64,000 bases of DNA from Chrysiogenia bacterium (GTDB taxonomy: Bacteria > Acidobacteriota > Aminicenantia > UBA2199): NCBI GenBank assembly GCA_043826505.1, contig JBDRQC010000008.1, forward strand, positions 114,125 through 178,124, read 5' to 3'. A program made the translations under genes and the position numbers. How positions within the stretch are numbered: the first letter of the stretch is position 1; each line of letters starts with the position of its first letter. Below the pieces are notes generated by a model. That model was not told the origin of the DNA. It ran no database searches and saw only the letters and a program-made list of their open reading frames with translations. This document shows, in pieces, positions 17,825-27,152 of the stretch.

Positions 17825-19999
17825 TTGAAAAAAATCATTTTACTCGTTTTGCTGGCATTGTTTTTTACAGGGCTTTTCAACCTTCCTCTGCACGCCGAGG
17901 AAGGGATGTTCCCCTTGAGCGAGATCCACAAACTCGACCTCAAGTCCTGGGGATTCAGCATCGGATCCAGGGAGATGTACAACCCCAACGGTGTCAGTCT
18001 GATCGATGGCATTATCAACCTGGGCGGCTGCACCGCCAGTTTCGTTTCCGGGGACGGCCTGATCCTTACCAATTACCATTGCGCTTTCGGCGCCGTCCAG
18101 GCCGTCACCACTCCCGAGAACGATTATCTGAGCGACGGCTTTTTTGCTGCGGACCTCTCAGCCGAGATCCCGGCCAAGCGCTATACCGTGCGCCTGATCG
18201 AATCCTACCGGGACGTTTCGCGGCAGGTTCTGGCCGCGGTCAAAAAGAAAATGACCTACGCCCAGCGCAGCAAGGCCATAGAAGAAAAAATGAACCGCAT
18301 GGTCGTTGCTTTCGAGAAAAGCAATCCCGGCAAGCGGGCCGAGGTCGCCGAAATGTTCCGCGGCAAGACCTATGTTCTGTTCATATATAATTATATCAAG
18401 GATGTGCGCCTGGTTTACGCTCCGCCGCGCTCCATCGGCGAATTCGGCGGCGAGGAGGACAACTGGATGTGGCCCCGCCACACCGGTGATTTCGCCTTCA
18501 TGCGCGCCTACGTCGCCCCCGACGGTTCCAATGCCGAATTCGCGCCTCAGAATGTCCCTTTCCGTCCCAAAAAGTACCTCAAGGTCGCGGCCGAGGGAGT
18601 GAAAAACGGGGATTTCGCCTTTATCCTCGGCTACCCGGGAAGCACTCACCGCCACAAGTCATCCCACTTCATCGCCCATGAAGAGAATATCCGCATGCCT
18701 TTCACGGTCGACCTTTATCGCTGGATCATACAGCTGAAGGAAAAAATGAGCTCAGGCGACCGCGGCGTGGCCATCAAGCTTTCCTCATCCCTCAAGGGCC
18801 TGTGGAACACCGTCACCCGCAGTCTCGGCCAGCTCAAGGGCTTGAAAAACCTCCATTTGGTAGAAAAACGGGAAAAGGAGGAGGAATCCCTGCAGCAATT
18901 TATTGAAGCCGATCCGGACCGGCAAAAGAAATACGGATCACTGCTGGCTGACCTGGGAAAAATCTATGAGGAAATAAACAAAAAAGCTCCACGGAACCTG
19001 ACCCTGTCCAACCTGCTCAGCAACAGGATCTCCATCATGATGGGCAACGCCTTCCGGATCTGCGAAGCTTCCTATGAACGTGTCAAAGAGGACACAAAGC
19101 GGGAAGCCAGTTACATGGACCGTAATTTCGACCGCACCCAGAAGCAAATGACCATGGCGCTGAGAGATTACCATGAACCGACCGAAAAAGCCCTGCTCAA
19201 GGAAATGCTGCGCCGCGCCGCCGCCTGCAAAGGTGAACAGGCCATTGCAGGCTTGCGCGACATAATGGCCGGCGGCGACCAGGACAAGGCCATTGATGCA
19301 TTTCTGGAAGGGGCCTTTGCCGAAACAAAACTGAAAAATCCGGAAATCGTCAGCGACTGGCTCAAAAAAACCACTGCCCAATTGCAGGCCTTGAACGATC
19401 CTTTCCTCGACCTGGCTTTCGCCCTCTACCCCGACCACTGCGAAATGAAGGAGGACGAAAAAAACAAGAAGGGGATCCTTGACCAGCTTCTGGCGCAACT
19501 GGTGGATGTCAAGAAAGAATTCATGGGCCGGGAATTCATTCCCGACGCCAACGGCACGCTGCGCCTGACCTACGGCAGGATCAGGGGTTATTCTCCGGCC
19601 GATGCCGTGCGCATGCAGCCCTTCACGACCCTGGGCGGCATCGTTGAAAAGCACTACACTCATCCCGACCTGCCTTCATACCAGGCGCCGGGCAAACTGC
19701 TCAACCTGGCCAAAGCCAAGGATTACGGCCGCTTTGTTCACCCCGACCTGGGCGACGTCCCGGTGGCCATGCTCTACAACATGGACACCACCGGCGGCAA
19801 TTCCGGCAGCCCGGTGCTCAATGCCAGGGGCGAGTTGATCGGGCTGAACTTCGACCGGGTGTTCGAAGCCACCATCAACGATTATGCCTGGGATGAATCC
19901 TACAGCCGCTCCATCGGTGTCGATATCCGCTTCGTTCTCTGGTCGCTGGCCAAATTCAGCGGCGCCGACCGCCTTTTAATGGAGATGGGAGTCCAATAA
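17825..19999 (+). CDS. S46 family dipeptidyl peptidase (DPP11-like)
   Basis: AEEGMF mature N-terminus, LTNYHC His, NWMWPRHTGDF, DTTGGNSGSPV Ser, GLNFDR. TTG start after AAGGAG. Confidence 0.92.
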   Translation: MKKIILLVLLALFFTGLFNLPLHAEEGMFPLSEIHKLDLKSWGFSIGSREMYNPNGVSLIDGIINLGGCTASFVSGDGLILTNYHCAFGAVQAVTTPENDYLSDGFFAADLSAEIPAKRYTVRLIESYRDVSRQVLAAVKKKMTYAQRSKAIEEKMNRMVVAFEKSNPGKRAEVAEMFRGKTYVLFIYNYIKDVRLVYAPPRSIGEFGGEEDNWMWPRHTGDFAFMRAYVAPDGSNAEFAPQNVPFRPKKYLKVAAEGVKNGDFAFILGYPGSTHRHKSSHFIAHEENIRMPFTVDLYRWIIQLKEKMSSGDRGVAIKLSSSLKGLWNTVTRSLGQLKGLKNLHLVEKREKEEESLQQFIEADPDRQKKYGSLLADLGKIYEEINKKAPRNLTLSNLLSNRISIMMGNAFRICEASYERVKEDTKREASYMDRNFDRTQKQMTMALRDYHEPTEKALLKEMLRRAAACKGEQAIAGLRDIMAGGDQDKAIDAFLEGAFAETKLKNPEIVSDWLKKTTAQLQALNDPFLDLAFALYPDHCEMKEDEKNKKGILDQLLAQLVDVKKEFMGREFIPDANGTLRLTYGRIRGYSPADAVRMQPFTTLGGIVEKHYTHPDLPSYQAPGKLLNLAKAKDYGRFVHPDLGDVPVAMLYNMDTTGGNSGSPVLNARGELIGLNFDRVFEATINDYAWDESYSRSIGVDIRFVLWSLAKFSGADRLLMEMGVQ

Positions 20000-20014
20000 T
20001 TGAGCCGAGCTATT

Positions 20015-20139
20015 CGTGATACGTAATGCGTAATGTGTGATGAGAGGGAAACTTAACGAACTTGCGTGATGAGTAACTGGAAACAGCAATAATTCGAATT
20101 AATGCCCGCTTTTCTTGCTCATCACTTATCACTAATCAC
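20015..20139. repeat. GTGAT/ATCAC heptamer inverted-repeat element
   Basis: CGTGATA CGTAATG CGTAATG TGTGATG (20015-20042) versus CTCATCAC TTATCAC TAATCAC (20118-20139). Lies between convergent genes. Confidence 0.75.
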
Positions 20140-20141
20140 TT

Positions 20142-21179
20142 TTACTCCAGGATGATCTTGCCACTATTGCCCGAAAGTCCCACTGCAAATGCTTCCTTGA
20201 AATCTTCCATCTTGAAATGATGGGTGATCAGCGGTTTTAAATCGACCTTGCCCGAAACCAGCAGGGCATCCATCTGATACCAGGTTTCAAACATGCGCCG
20301 GCCGTTGATGCCCTGGACGGTCACGCCGGGGAAAATAATATCACTGGCCAGGTCAAGACTGAGCGGCTGGGCCGGGATGCCCAGCAGCGAATAGCGGCCG
20401 TTCTTGCGGATGGAGCGAAAACCCTGGGCGATGGCGGCCGGGTGGCCCGACATTTCCAGCACCACGTCCACTCCCTGTCCCGAGGTCATGGCTTTGGCGA
20501 TCTCTGACAGGGCTTCCCTGGCCGGATCGATCACGCGGTCGGCCCCCATTTTACGGGCCAGCTCCTGGCGGAAAGGCAGTACCTCGCTCAGCAGAACCAG
20601 CGACGCCCCGGCGGCCTTGCAGACCGGAACGGCGGCGATGCCGATGGGTCCGCCGCCCAGGATCAGAAAGGATTTGCCGACCGTAGGACCGGCCATGACC
20701 GTGTGCACGGCGTTGCCGAACGGGTCGTAGATGGCAGCCAGTTCGGGGTCAATATCCTTGGGCACACGCCACAGGTTGGACTCGGGCACGGCAATATAGT
20801 CGGCGAAACAGCCGTCGCCATCCACGCCCAGGATGACCACGTTCTCGCAGAGGTGGGCGTTGCCGGTGCGGCACTGGAAACACTGGCTGCAGACCACGTG
20901 CATCTCCGCGGTCACCAGGTCGCCGACCTTGTAATGGCGGACATCGGCGCCGATCTCCACAATGGCGCCATAGAATTCATGGCCCGTGGTCAGCGGCGGC
21001 TTCAGCCGGTTCTGCGACCACTCGTCCCAGTTATATATGTGCAGGTCGGTGCCGCAGATGGCCCGCTTGTGAACCTTGATCAGGACCTCATTGGTCTTGA
21101 TGGACGGGATGGGAACTTCCTGCATTTCCAGCCCGGGCCCGGGTTTGATTTTACGCAGTGCCTTCATATTTCCTTTCAT
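20142..21179 (-). CDS. tdh: L-threonine 3-dehydrogenase
   Basis: ICGTDLHIYNWDEWSQ, GHEF, CSQCFQCRTGNAHLC, DPFGNAVHT, GRRMFETWYQM. Confidence 0.93.
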   Translation of the reverse strand: MKGNMKALRKIKPGPGLEMQEVPIPSIKTNEVLIKVHKRAICGTDLHIYNWDEWSQNRLKPPLTTGHEFYGAIVEIGADVRHYKVGDLVTAEMHVVCSQCFQCRTGNAHLCENVVILGVDGDGCFADYIAVPESNLWRVPKDIDPELAAIYDPFGNAVHTVMAGPTVGKSFLILGGGPIGIAAVPVCKAAGASLVLLSEVLPFRQELARKMGADRVIDPAREALSEIAKAMTSGQGVDVVLEMSGHPAAIAQGFRSIRKNGRYSLLGIPAQPLSLDLASDIIFPGVTVQGINGRRMFETWYQMDALLVSGKVDLKPLITHHFKMEDFKEAFAVGLSGNSGKIILE

Positions 21180-21245
21180 GGGAGAACTCCTTGATCGGTA
21201 AACGCCATTTTAGTATTTCCGAGGCTCAAATGCAAGTACGAACTA

Positions 21246-21266
21246 CGTGACGCGTAACGCGTCACG
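21246..21266. promoter_or_regulatory. Perfect 10-1-10 palindrome between divergent genes
   Basis: CGTGACGCGT-A-ACGCGTCACG. Confidence 0.45.
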
Positions 21267-21287
21267 AATAGAAAGTTTTACCACTGG

Positions 21288-21315
21288 TTGCATTTTTCCG
21301 GAGCCTGGATATAAT
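21288..21315 (+). promoter_or_regulatory. sigma70-type promoter, leaderless
   Basis: TTGCAT (21288-21293), 16 bp, TATAAT (21310-21315), then 6 nt to ATG at 21322. Confidence 0.6.
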
Positions 21316-21321
21316 TGCTCC

Positions 21322-22170
21322 ATGCATAAAAAAACTCACCCGTGGCTCTGGCTCCTGGCTTTCGTGTTGACTTTGATCCTGGCCGTCTATCAGCGCCTGA
21401 GCGGACCGACCTACCCCATCCGCGGCTCGGAAACAATTTCCGGGATAACCATCCAGTACAAGTTTTCCCGCAGCTGGACCTCAGGCCGCGCATTGCCGGT
21501 GCGCGTCAGCGCTGCAAACCCGAGACTCGAACTGCGGCTCTATTATCGCCGCTACCCTTACCTCAGCGGCGAAAAATGGAACAATTCGGCCATGAAGAAA
21601 ATCGAGGCAGGATTTGAAGCGTCGGTCCCGGGCCAGCCGCCGGCCGGCAAAGTCGCCTACAAAGTGGAAGCGACGGCCAAAGGGAAAAGTATTTGGCTGA
21701 ACCGCGGCCAGCCGGCAGTGGCCCGCTTCAAGGGCGAAGTCCCCACCGCTTTGCTGATTTTACACGTCATATTCATGTTCGCTGCCATGCTGCTGGCCTT
21801 TCGTACCGGCCTGGAGGCGCTGCGCCGGGACGGATGCTGGCAGAAACTTGTGCCCTGGACATTGGCTGTGACTTCAGTCGGCGGCCTGATCCTGGGGCCG
21901 CTGGTGCAAAAATATGCCTTTGGGGCCCTTTGGACCGGTTTCCCGCTGGGTGGCGACCTGACCGACAGCAAAACCCTTTTTGCCGTTTTGTTCTGGCTGG
22001 CGGCCTTTTTCATGCGCAAAAAAAGCCGCTGGTGGCCATTGGCCGCGACCGTGCTGATGGTAACGGTCTACCTCATTCCCCATTCCATGCTCGGATCGGA
22101 GTTGAATTACCAAACCGGGAAAATAGAAACAGCAAAAGAAGTTCGAGGCTCGGGGCTGAAGATCAATTAA
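21322..22170 (+). CDS. Conserved hypothetical membrane protein (N-terminal TM, beta-rich soluble domain, about 4 C-terminal TMs)
   Basis: Long ORF with hydrophobic segments; motifs YQRLSGPTYP and WTGFPLGGDLTDSKT. Confidence 0.7.
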   Translation: MHKKTHPWLWLLAFVLTLILAVYQRLSGPTYPIRGSETISGITIQYKFSRSWTSGRALPVRVSAANPRLELRLYYRRYPYLSGEKWNNSAMKKIEAGFEASVPGQPPAGKVAYKVEATAKGKSIWLNRGQPAVARFKGEVPTALLILHVIFMFAAMLLAFRTGLEALRRDGCWQKLVPWTLAVTSVGGLILGPLVQKYAFGALWTGFPLGGDLTDSKTLFAVLFWLAAFFMRKKSRWWPLAATVLMVTVYLIPHSMLGSELNYQTGKIETAKEVRGSGLKIN

Positions 22171-22197
22171 AATTCCAAATGCCAGGCTCCAAATAAA
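22168..22197. repeat. Solo left arm of the CAAAT-heptamer element
   Basis: TAAAATTCCAAAT (22168-22180) is identical to 63159-63171. Confidence 0.45.
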
Positions 22198-22237
22198 ATA
22201 AGTAAACCGCTTTTTTTCTGAGTTCTCGTCTATCGTG

Positions 22238-23377
22238 TTAAAGAAGCTTGGCAATCGTTTGCAGCTGCATGAAGCTTGTACCTTCGTAGATCTTGCCGAT
22301 CTTGGCATCGCGATAATATTTCTCGGCCGGGTAGTCCTTGCTGAAGCCATAGCCGCCGAACAGTTCCAGACTTTCGCTGGCCACCCACTCGGCGACCTGA
22401 CTGGTGAAGTGCTTGGCCATGGCCGCTTCCTTGATGAAAGGCAAGCCCCGGTCCTTGAGGCGGGCGGCATTATAGGTCAGTAGACGGGCGGCCTCGATGC
22501 GGCTGGCCATCTCTGCCAGGAGGAACTGCACGGCCTGAAAATTGAAGATCGGCCGGCCGAACTGCTGACGTACTTTGCTGTAAGCCAGAGCTGCCGCCAT
22601 TGCCCCTTCGGCCAATCCCAGCATCTGGGCGGCGATGCCGATTCGACCTTCGTTGAGGGTTTCGATGGCAATTTTGTAACCCTTGCCGACATTGCCCAGA
22701 ACCTGGTCATTACCGAGCTTCACATCATCCAGACAAAGCTCGCAGGTTGAACTGGCACGAATGCCGAGCTTGTTCTCCTTCTTGCCGATGGAAAAACCGG
22801 AACTGTCTCGGTCGACCAAAAAAGCAGTGATGCCTTTGTGTCCGGCCTTCGGGTCGACGGTGGCAAAAACGATGAAGACCTCGGCCTGCTGGGCGTTGGT
22901 TATCCAGAGCTTGGCACCGTTGAGCACATAGCCGTCAGCCACGGGCCTGGCCCGGCATTTGAGCGCGAAAGCGTCTGAACCCGAATCGGCTTCAGAAAGG
23001 GCGTAGGAGCCAACTTTTTCACTGGCAAGCCAGGGCAGATACTTTGCCTTTTGCTCGGCGGTCCCATAGCGAATGATACAACTGTTGACCACTGTGTTCT
23101 GAACATCCACCAATACGCCCACAGCCGCATCGACTTTGCTGAGCTCCTCGATGACAATAATGGAATTGAAGAAGCTGGAACCGCTGCCGCCATACTCGGC
23201 AGGGATCTCGATACCCATCAGCCCCAGGGAAAATAGCTTTGGCAGCAAGGCGGGGTCCATGTGCTGTTCTTCATCCATGGTCATGCGCAGAGGCTCTATC
23301 TCGGCCTTGGCGAATTTTGCTACCAGTTCGCACAGAGCTTGTTCCTCGTCATTCAGGACAGTTAATGGATTGGACAT
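22238..23377 (-). CDS. Acyl-CoA dehydrogenase (short/branched-chain type)
   Basis: YALSEADSGSD, LNGAKLWITN, KLGIRASSTCE, LNEGRIGIAAQ, RDAKIGKIYEGTS. Confidence 0.92.
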   Translation of the reverse strand: MSNPLTVLNDEEQALCELVAKFAKAEIEPLRMTMDEEQHMDPALLPKLFSLGLMGIEIPAEYGGSGSSFFNSIIVIEELSKVDAAVGVLVDVQNTVVNSCIIRYGTAEQKAKYLPWLASEKVGSYALSEADSGSDAFALKCRARPVADGYVLNGAKLWITNAQQAEVFIVFATVDPKAGHKGITAFLVDRDSSGFSIGKKENKLGIRASSTCELCLDDVKLGNDQVLGNVGKGYKIAIETLNEGRIGIAAQMLGLAEGAMAAALAYSKVRQQFGRPIFNFQAVQFLLAEMASRIEAARLLTYNAARLKDRGLPFIKEAAMAKHFTSQVAEWVASESLELFGGYGFSKDYPAEKYYRDAKIGKIYEGTSFMQLQTIAKLL

Positions 23378-23513
23378 TTAGGGTTCCTCTCTATTAAGAA
23401 TTTCTATTGCCGTGTACCCGGGATATTCCTGATAATCATGGTACTCCACATGAAAGCGGCGCAACTCAAAGAAAAAGTCCGGTCGCCTGATGAAAATACT
23501 CACTTATCCCCTG

Positions 23514-24761
23514 TTACTGACCCTGGCGGTAGACAATGGCCACCAAGGTTTTATCGTTGCCCCCCATATTCACCGACAAGCCATAGGGGCGCTTTGACGC
23601 GACATCTATCTTCCAGTCTCCGGCTTTGCCGGTCAATTGTTCCCAGATGGTGATGGCCTGATGTACGCCGGTTGCGCCGGTTGGATGTCCCCATCCGATC
23701 AAGCCGCCGGAAGTATTAAAAGGAGTGCTTCCCTGGCGCGAAGTATTTCCTGCCAGGACAAAATCGGGGCCTTCACCCGGCTTGCAGAGCCCAATGGCTT
23801 CGAGCGACATGATGCCGGCTATGGTAAAGCAATCGTGGCATTCAACGGTCCCCAGGTCGGCACTGGTGATTCCGGCCATTTTCAGGGCCTGTTGCACCGC
23901 CCGCTCGGTTGTTTCGAGTCGGATTGCTTCTGTGACCGGCACGGTCAGGTCGGCCTGGACCTGCGCCCATCCCAGGACTTCAACAGCCTCTTTTTTACTG
24001 CAGCCAATGCGTTTCAGTCCGCTTTCGGACACAATGGCAATGGCCGCGGCACCATCCGAGACTTTCGAGCAATCATAGAAATTGAGATGCTCGACAAATG
24101 ACCGTGGATTGGGTTCGCTCATGGCCAGGGCTTCCAGATCGAGGCTTTTGTTGTGATACTCCTGGGCGCTGGGGCAGAGGCGGGCATTTTCAATGGCATT
24201 GCGGTACCAGCGGGCCAAGGCACGGCGCGTGCGCTCGCGGCCGAATTTCTCGAAATAGACTCCGGCGCGGTCACTGAACTTGGCCGGGAAAAAAAAAGCA
24301 TGCCCGGTTTTTCGTTCGCCCCGGTACCAGCCGGCAGCGGCCAGGATGTCGGCGCCATATACGGCTTTAACCGTGTTCTGCACCTCGACGCCGATGGTCA
24401 ATGCCACCTCGGCCGTCTCTGCCAGAACCGATTTGATGCCATTCAACAGTGCCAGCCCGCCTGAAGCGCAGGCCCCTTCGACCCGGGTGCACGATTTCCA
24501 GCGCAGCCCATCGTCGATAACGGGGATCATGGCCGCCAAATTACCCTGATGATTGAAGCGCGCAGCCATAAAATTGCCGATCACACCTTCATCTACAGCC
24601 TGGGCACCACCGATCATCTTCAAAGTCCCCCGTCCCGCTTCCTTGATATATTCTTCGAGCCCGGGACGGGGTTTCTTGGGATGAAATTCCTTTCGCCCCG
24701 TGCCCATGGAAATCGTATTGTAGCCAGCGGTCATGAATACTTTTCGGCGCATTTTCTTCAT
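23514..24761 (-). CDS. Thiolase, SCP2/type-2 family (3-ketoacyl-CoA thiolase)
   Basis: RVEGACASGG, ECHDCFTIA, NTSGGLIGWGHPTGATG. Confidence 0.85.
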   Translation of the reverse strand: MKKMRRKVFMTAGYNTISMGTGRKEFHPKKPRPGLEEYIKEAGRGTLKMIGGAQAVDEGVIGNFMAARFNHQGNLAAMIPVIDDGLRWKSCTRVEGACASGGLALLNGIKSVLAETAEVALTIGVEVQNTVKAVYGADILAAAGWYRGERKTGHAFFFPAKFSDRAGVYFEKFGRERTRRALARWYRNAIENARLCPSAQEYHNKSLDLEALAMSEPNPRSFVEHLNFYDCSKVSDGAAAIAIVSESGLKRIGCSKKEAVEVLGWAQVQADLTVPVTEAIRLETTERAVQQALKMAGITSADLGTVECHDCFTIAGIMSLEAIGLCKPGEGPDFVLAGNTSRQGSTPFNTSGGLIGWGHPTGATGVHQAITIWEQLTGKAGDWKIDVASKRPYGLSVNMGGNDKTLVAIVYRQGQ

Positions 24762-26104
24762 TTGCTCACCTCAGAGAAATAGTTGTTGATCGGACCATAG
24801 GCATGATAAAAACCGGTTGTCAGCACAGCGTTGACATCGTTCTCCTTTTCAGCAACCCCCTGGCTCAGCAACTGCAATCCTATCTCCCTGGAGCGCAGGC
24901 CATAGGCTTTTGCCAATTGCGCCCCGATGGTGTCCAGCGCCCGTAATTCACCGAAATAGCTCTGCAGGAATGTGTCCATGGCGGCAAGGGCGATAACGGC
25001 CTTCCAGGGCTGAAATACCGTGGGCAGGGGGCCCAGGCGGTCATCGCAGCGGGATTGCAGATCTGCCAATGACAGATAGCCCTTTTGCTTTGGATCATAA
25101 ATGGCACTGGGCCGGTTTTTTTCATATTTGAAAAAGCCGTTTTTTTGCGAGCCGTCAGGGAACTGGCCGCCGCGCACGCCCTGGGCGATCAACTCATCGA
25201 GTAGCGTACTGTGCAGGTTCTCGCCGGAAAAATACGGGCTCATGACACGCAGGATCAGCTGGCACACATCCAGCCCGACGTAATCGCAGAGCTGAAAGAT
25301 GCCCATCGGTCGCAGCAGAAAATCCTGGCTCACCCTGTTGATCATGTATACGGCTTCGGCGAAGCTTACTTCCGCTTGCAGGCGTTCGATTTCGCCCTGG
25401 GCATAGAGAAAATCGCGCATGAAGTGGCCATTGCCGATGAAGCCGGCAAAATCGTTGGCCGGGACTATTGTCTTGCGCAGGTTTTTGGCATAGCTGCCGG
25501 CGAAGTCAAGCAGCTCCGACTGAGTAGTTTTGGCAATGATCAATTCCACCAGCTTTTGCACGGCAGGCGGATTGTAGAAATGGAAACCGAGAATACGACC
25601 ACCAAGACCGGCTTTCTCATCGAGCTCGTGAATGGGGATGGCCGAGGTGTTGCTGAAGAACCATGGGGTATTGGGGTTGTTCGTGTTTATCTGCGATAGA
25701 ACTTTGGTTTTGACTGCAATATTCTCAACGATCGCTTCAAAAATCATGGTCGATTCATAAGCCGCTTCCAGGGCTGTGGTAGGCCGGATGATGTTCAACA
25801 CATCAGCGATATATTGGCTAATGATGTCGCTGTTTTCGATCAAGTCCTCACGCTCCTGATAGACCTGGCGCAGGCGGACGATATTCTTTTCGGCTACTTT
25901 TTGGATCTGTACACGCAGATAGGGCATCAACCCGGCCAGGGCGGCATGGGAGACGTCTATGGCCTGCAGGACGAATGGCTCGCGATTCTCCGCTTTCTGG
26001 CTCAGGTCACACATCTCCAGCGCCGTCAGCAGGACGATACCACTGCCCATTTTTCCGCCGGCACCCAATACGGATACATTTCTCAGTCTTTCAGTATAAG
26101 TCAT
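24758..26104 (-). CDS. 3-hydroxyacyl-CoA dehydrogenase
   Basis: VLGAGGKMGSGI, FEAIVEN, FSNTSAIPI, GFHFYNPP, GFIGN, DYVGLD. Confidence 0.88.
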   Translation of the reverse strand: MTYTERLRNVSVLGAGGKMGSGIVLLTALEMCDLSQKAENREPFVLQAIDVSHAALAGLMPYLRVQIQKVAEKNIVRLRQVYQEREDLIENSDIISQYIADVLNIIRPTTALEAAYESTMIFEAIVENIAVKTKVLSQINTNNPNTPWFFSNTSAIPIHELDEKAGLGGRILGFHFYNPPAVQKLVELIIAKTTQSELLDFAGSYAKNLRKTIVPANDFAGFIGNGHFMRDFLYAQGEIERLQAEVSFAEAVYMINRVSQDFLLRPMGIFQLCDYVGLDVCQLILRVMSPYFSGENLHSTLLDELIAQGVRGGQFPDGSQKNGFFKYEKNRPSAIYDPKQKGYLSLADLQSRCDDRLGPLPTVFQPWKAVIALAAMDTFLQSYFGELRALDTIGAQLAKAYGLRSREIGLQLLSQGVAEKENDVNAVLTTGFYHAYGPINNYFSEVSK

Positions 26105-26145
26105 CGCACTCTCCTATGTCATACGGAACAGTTGCCCGGCAGGCC

Positions 26146-26913
26146 TCACCATTTTGCCGGACGCTTCTCCAGGAAGGCACTCATTCCTTCCAGGCCTTCG
26201 TTGCCGAACAGAGAACTGAACTCGCTGGTTTCCAGAAGACAGCCAGCCTTGAAGTCGAGTTCCAATCCCTGGCGGCACACTTTTTTTACCAGGCGAACGG
26301 CGGCCGGACCCTTGGTTGTGATTTTTCGTGCCAGTTCCAGTGCTTCTGTCAATAATTGCTCCGGCGCCACCACTTTTTGCACCAGCCCCAAGCGCAAAGC
26401 CTCTTCAGCGCCGATCAATTCGCCGCTGATCAGCAGATAGAGGGCGTTGCCCAAGCCTATCAGCCGGGGCAGGCGCTGGGTCCCGGCGAACCCCGGGATC
26501 AGGCCGAGATTGACTTCCGGCTGGCCGAATTTGGCTTTGCTGCTGGCAATGCGGATGTCGCAGGCCAAGGCCAGCTCGCAGCCGCCGCCAAGGGCAAAGC
26601 CGTTCACCGCGGCGATTACCGGCATGTGAAGCTGTTCAAGGCGTGCGAAGGTCTGCTGCCCGATTTCGGAAATTTCCCTTCCCTGGGCCGGATCCATGTC
26701 CTTCAACTCGGCGATATCGGCCCCGGCCACAAAGGCATTGCCGGCTCCGGTGATGATCAGGACTTTGAGATCCCGGCGCTCAGCGAATTCGTTCAACCAG
26801 GAATTCATCTCGGCAAAGCACTGCCGGTTCAGGGCATTCATTGCCTTGGGACGGCTGATGGTCAGGGTCGCAATGCCTTCATTGATCTCAGTGGATAAGA
26901 TTTCATAATTCAA
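26146..26913 (-). CDS. crt: Enoyl-CoA hydratase (crotonase)
   Basis: FVAGADI, AVNGFALGGGCELALACDIR, FGQPEVNLGLIPGFAGTQRL. TTG start after AGGAGG. Confidence 0.88.
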   Translation of the reverse strand: MNYEILSTEINEGIATLTISRPKAMNALNRQCFAEMNSWLNEFAERRDLKVLIITGAGNAFVAGADIAELKDMDPAQGREISEIGQQTFARLEQLHMPVIAAVNGFALGGGCELALACDIRIASSKAKFGQPEVNLGLIPGFAGTQRLPRLIGLGNALYLLISGELIGAEEALRLGLVQKVVAPEQLLTEALELARKITTKGPAAVRLVKKVCRQGLELDFKAGCLLETSEFSSLFGNEGLEGMSAFLEKRPAKW

Positions 26914-27056
26914 TTTTTCACCTCCTGCCGGAAAAAAAGAATTTTTTAGGATGTTGCCGCCAGTGAAATTTCAGCCTTGAATAACTGATTCAATTTTTTC
27001 ACGATTATTAAATATAATAAAAAAATATTTTTTGCAATTTTTCTCTGCGCAAATCC

Positions 27057-27077
27057 AATTCAATACGGTATTGAATT
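27057..27077. promoter_or_regulatory. Candidate operator (perfect 10-1-10 palindrome) in the divergent crt / acyl-CoA dehydrogenase promoter region
   Basis: AATTCAATAC-G-GTATTGAATT; TTGACA at 27096-27101. Confidence 0.55.
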
Positions 27078-27152
27078 ATTAAGCATTGCGCCATGTTGAC
27101 AATAAAAATTTTTTATAGTTAGATAACAAAATATCATATCAAGGAGGCCTGC

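Noticed and set aside
26914-27152. Cobalamin riboswitch upstream of the icmF operon
   Set aside because: The region is very AT-rich with no B12-box or GGGAA/ACTG core motifs.
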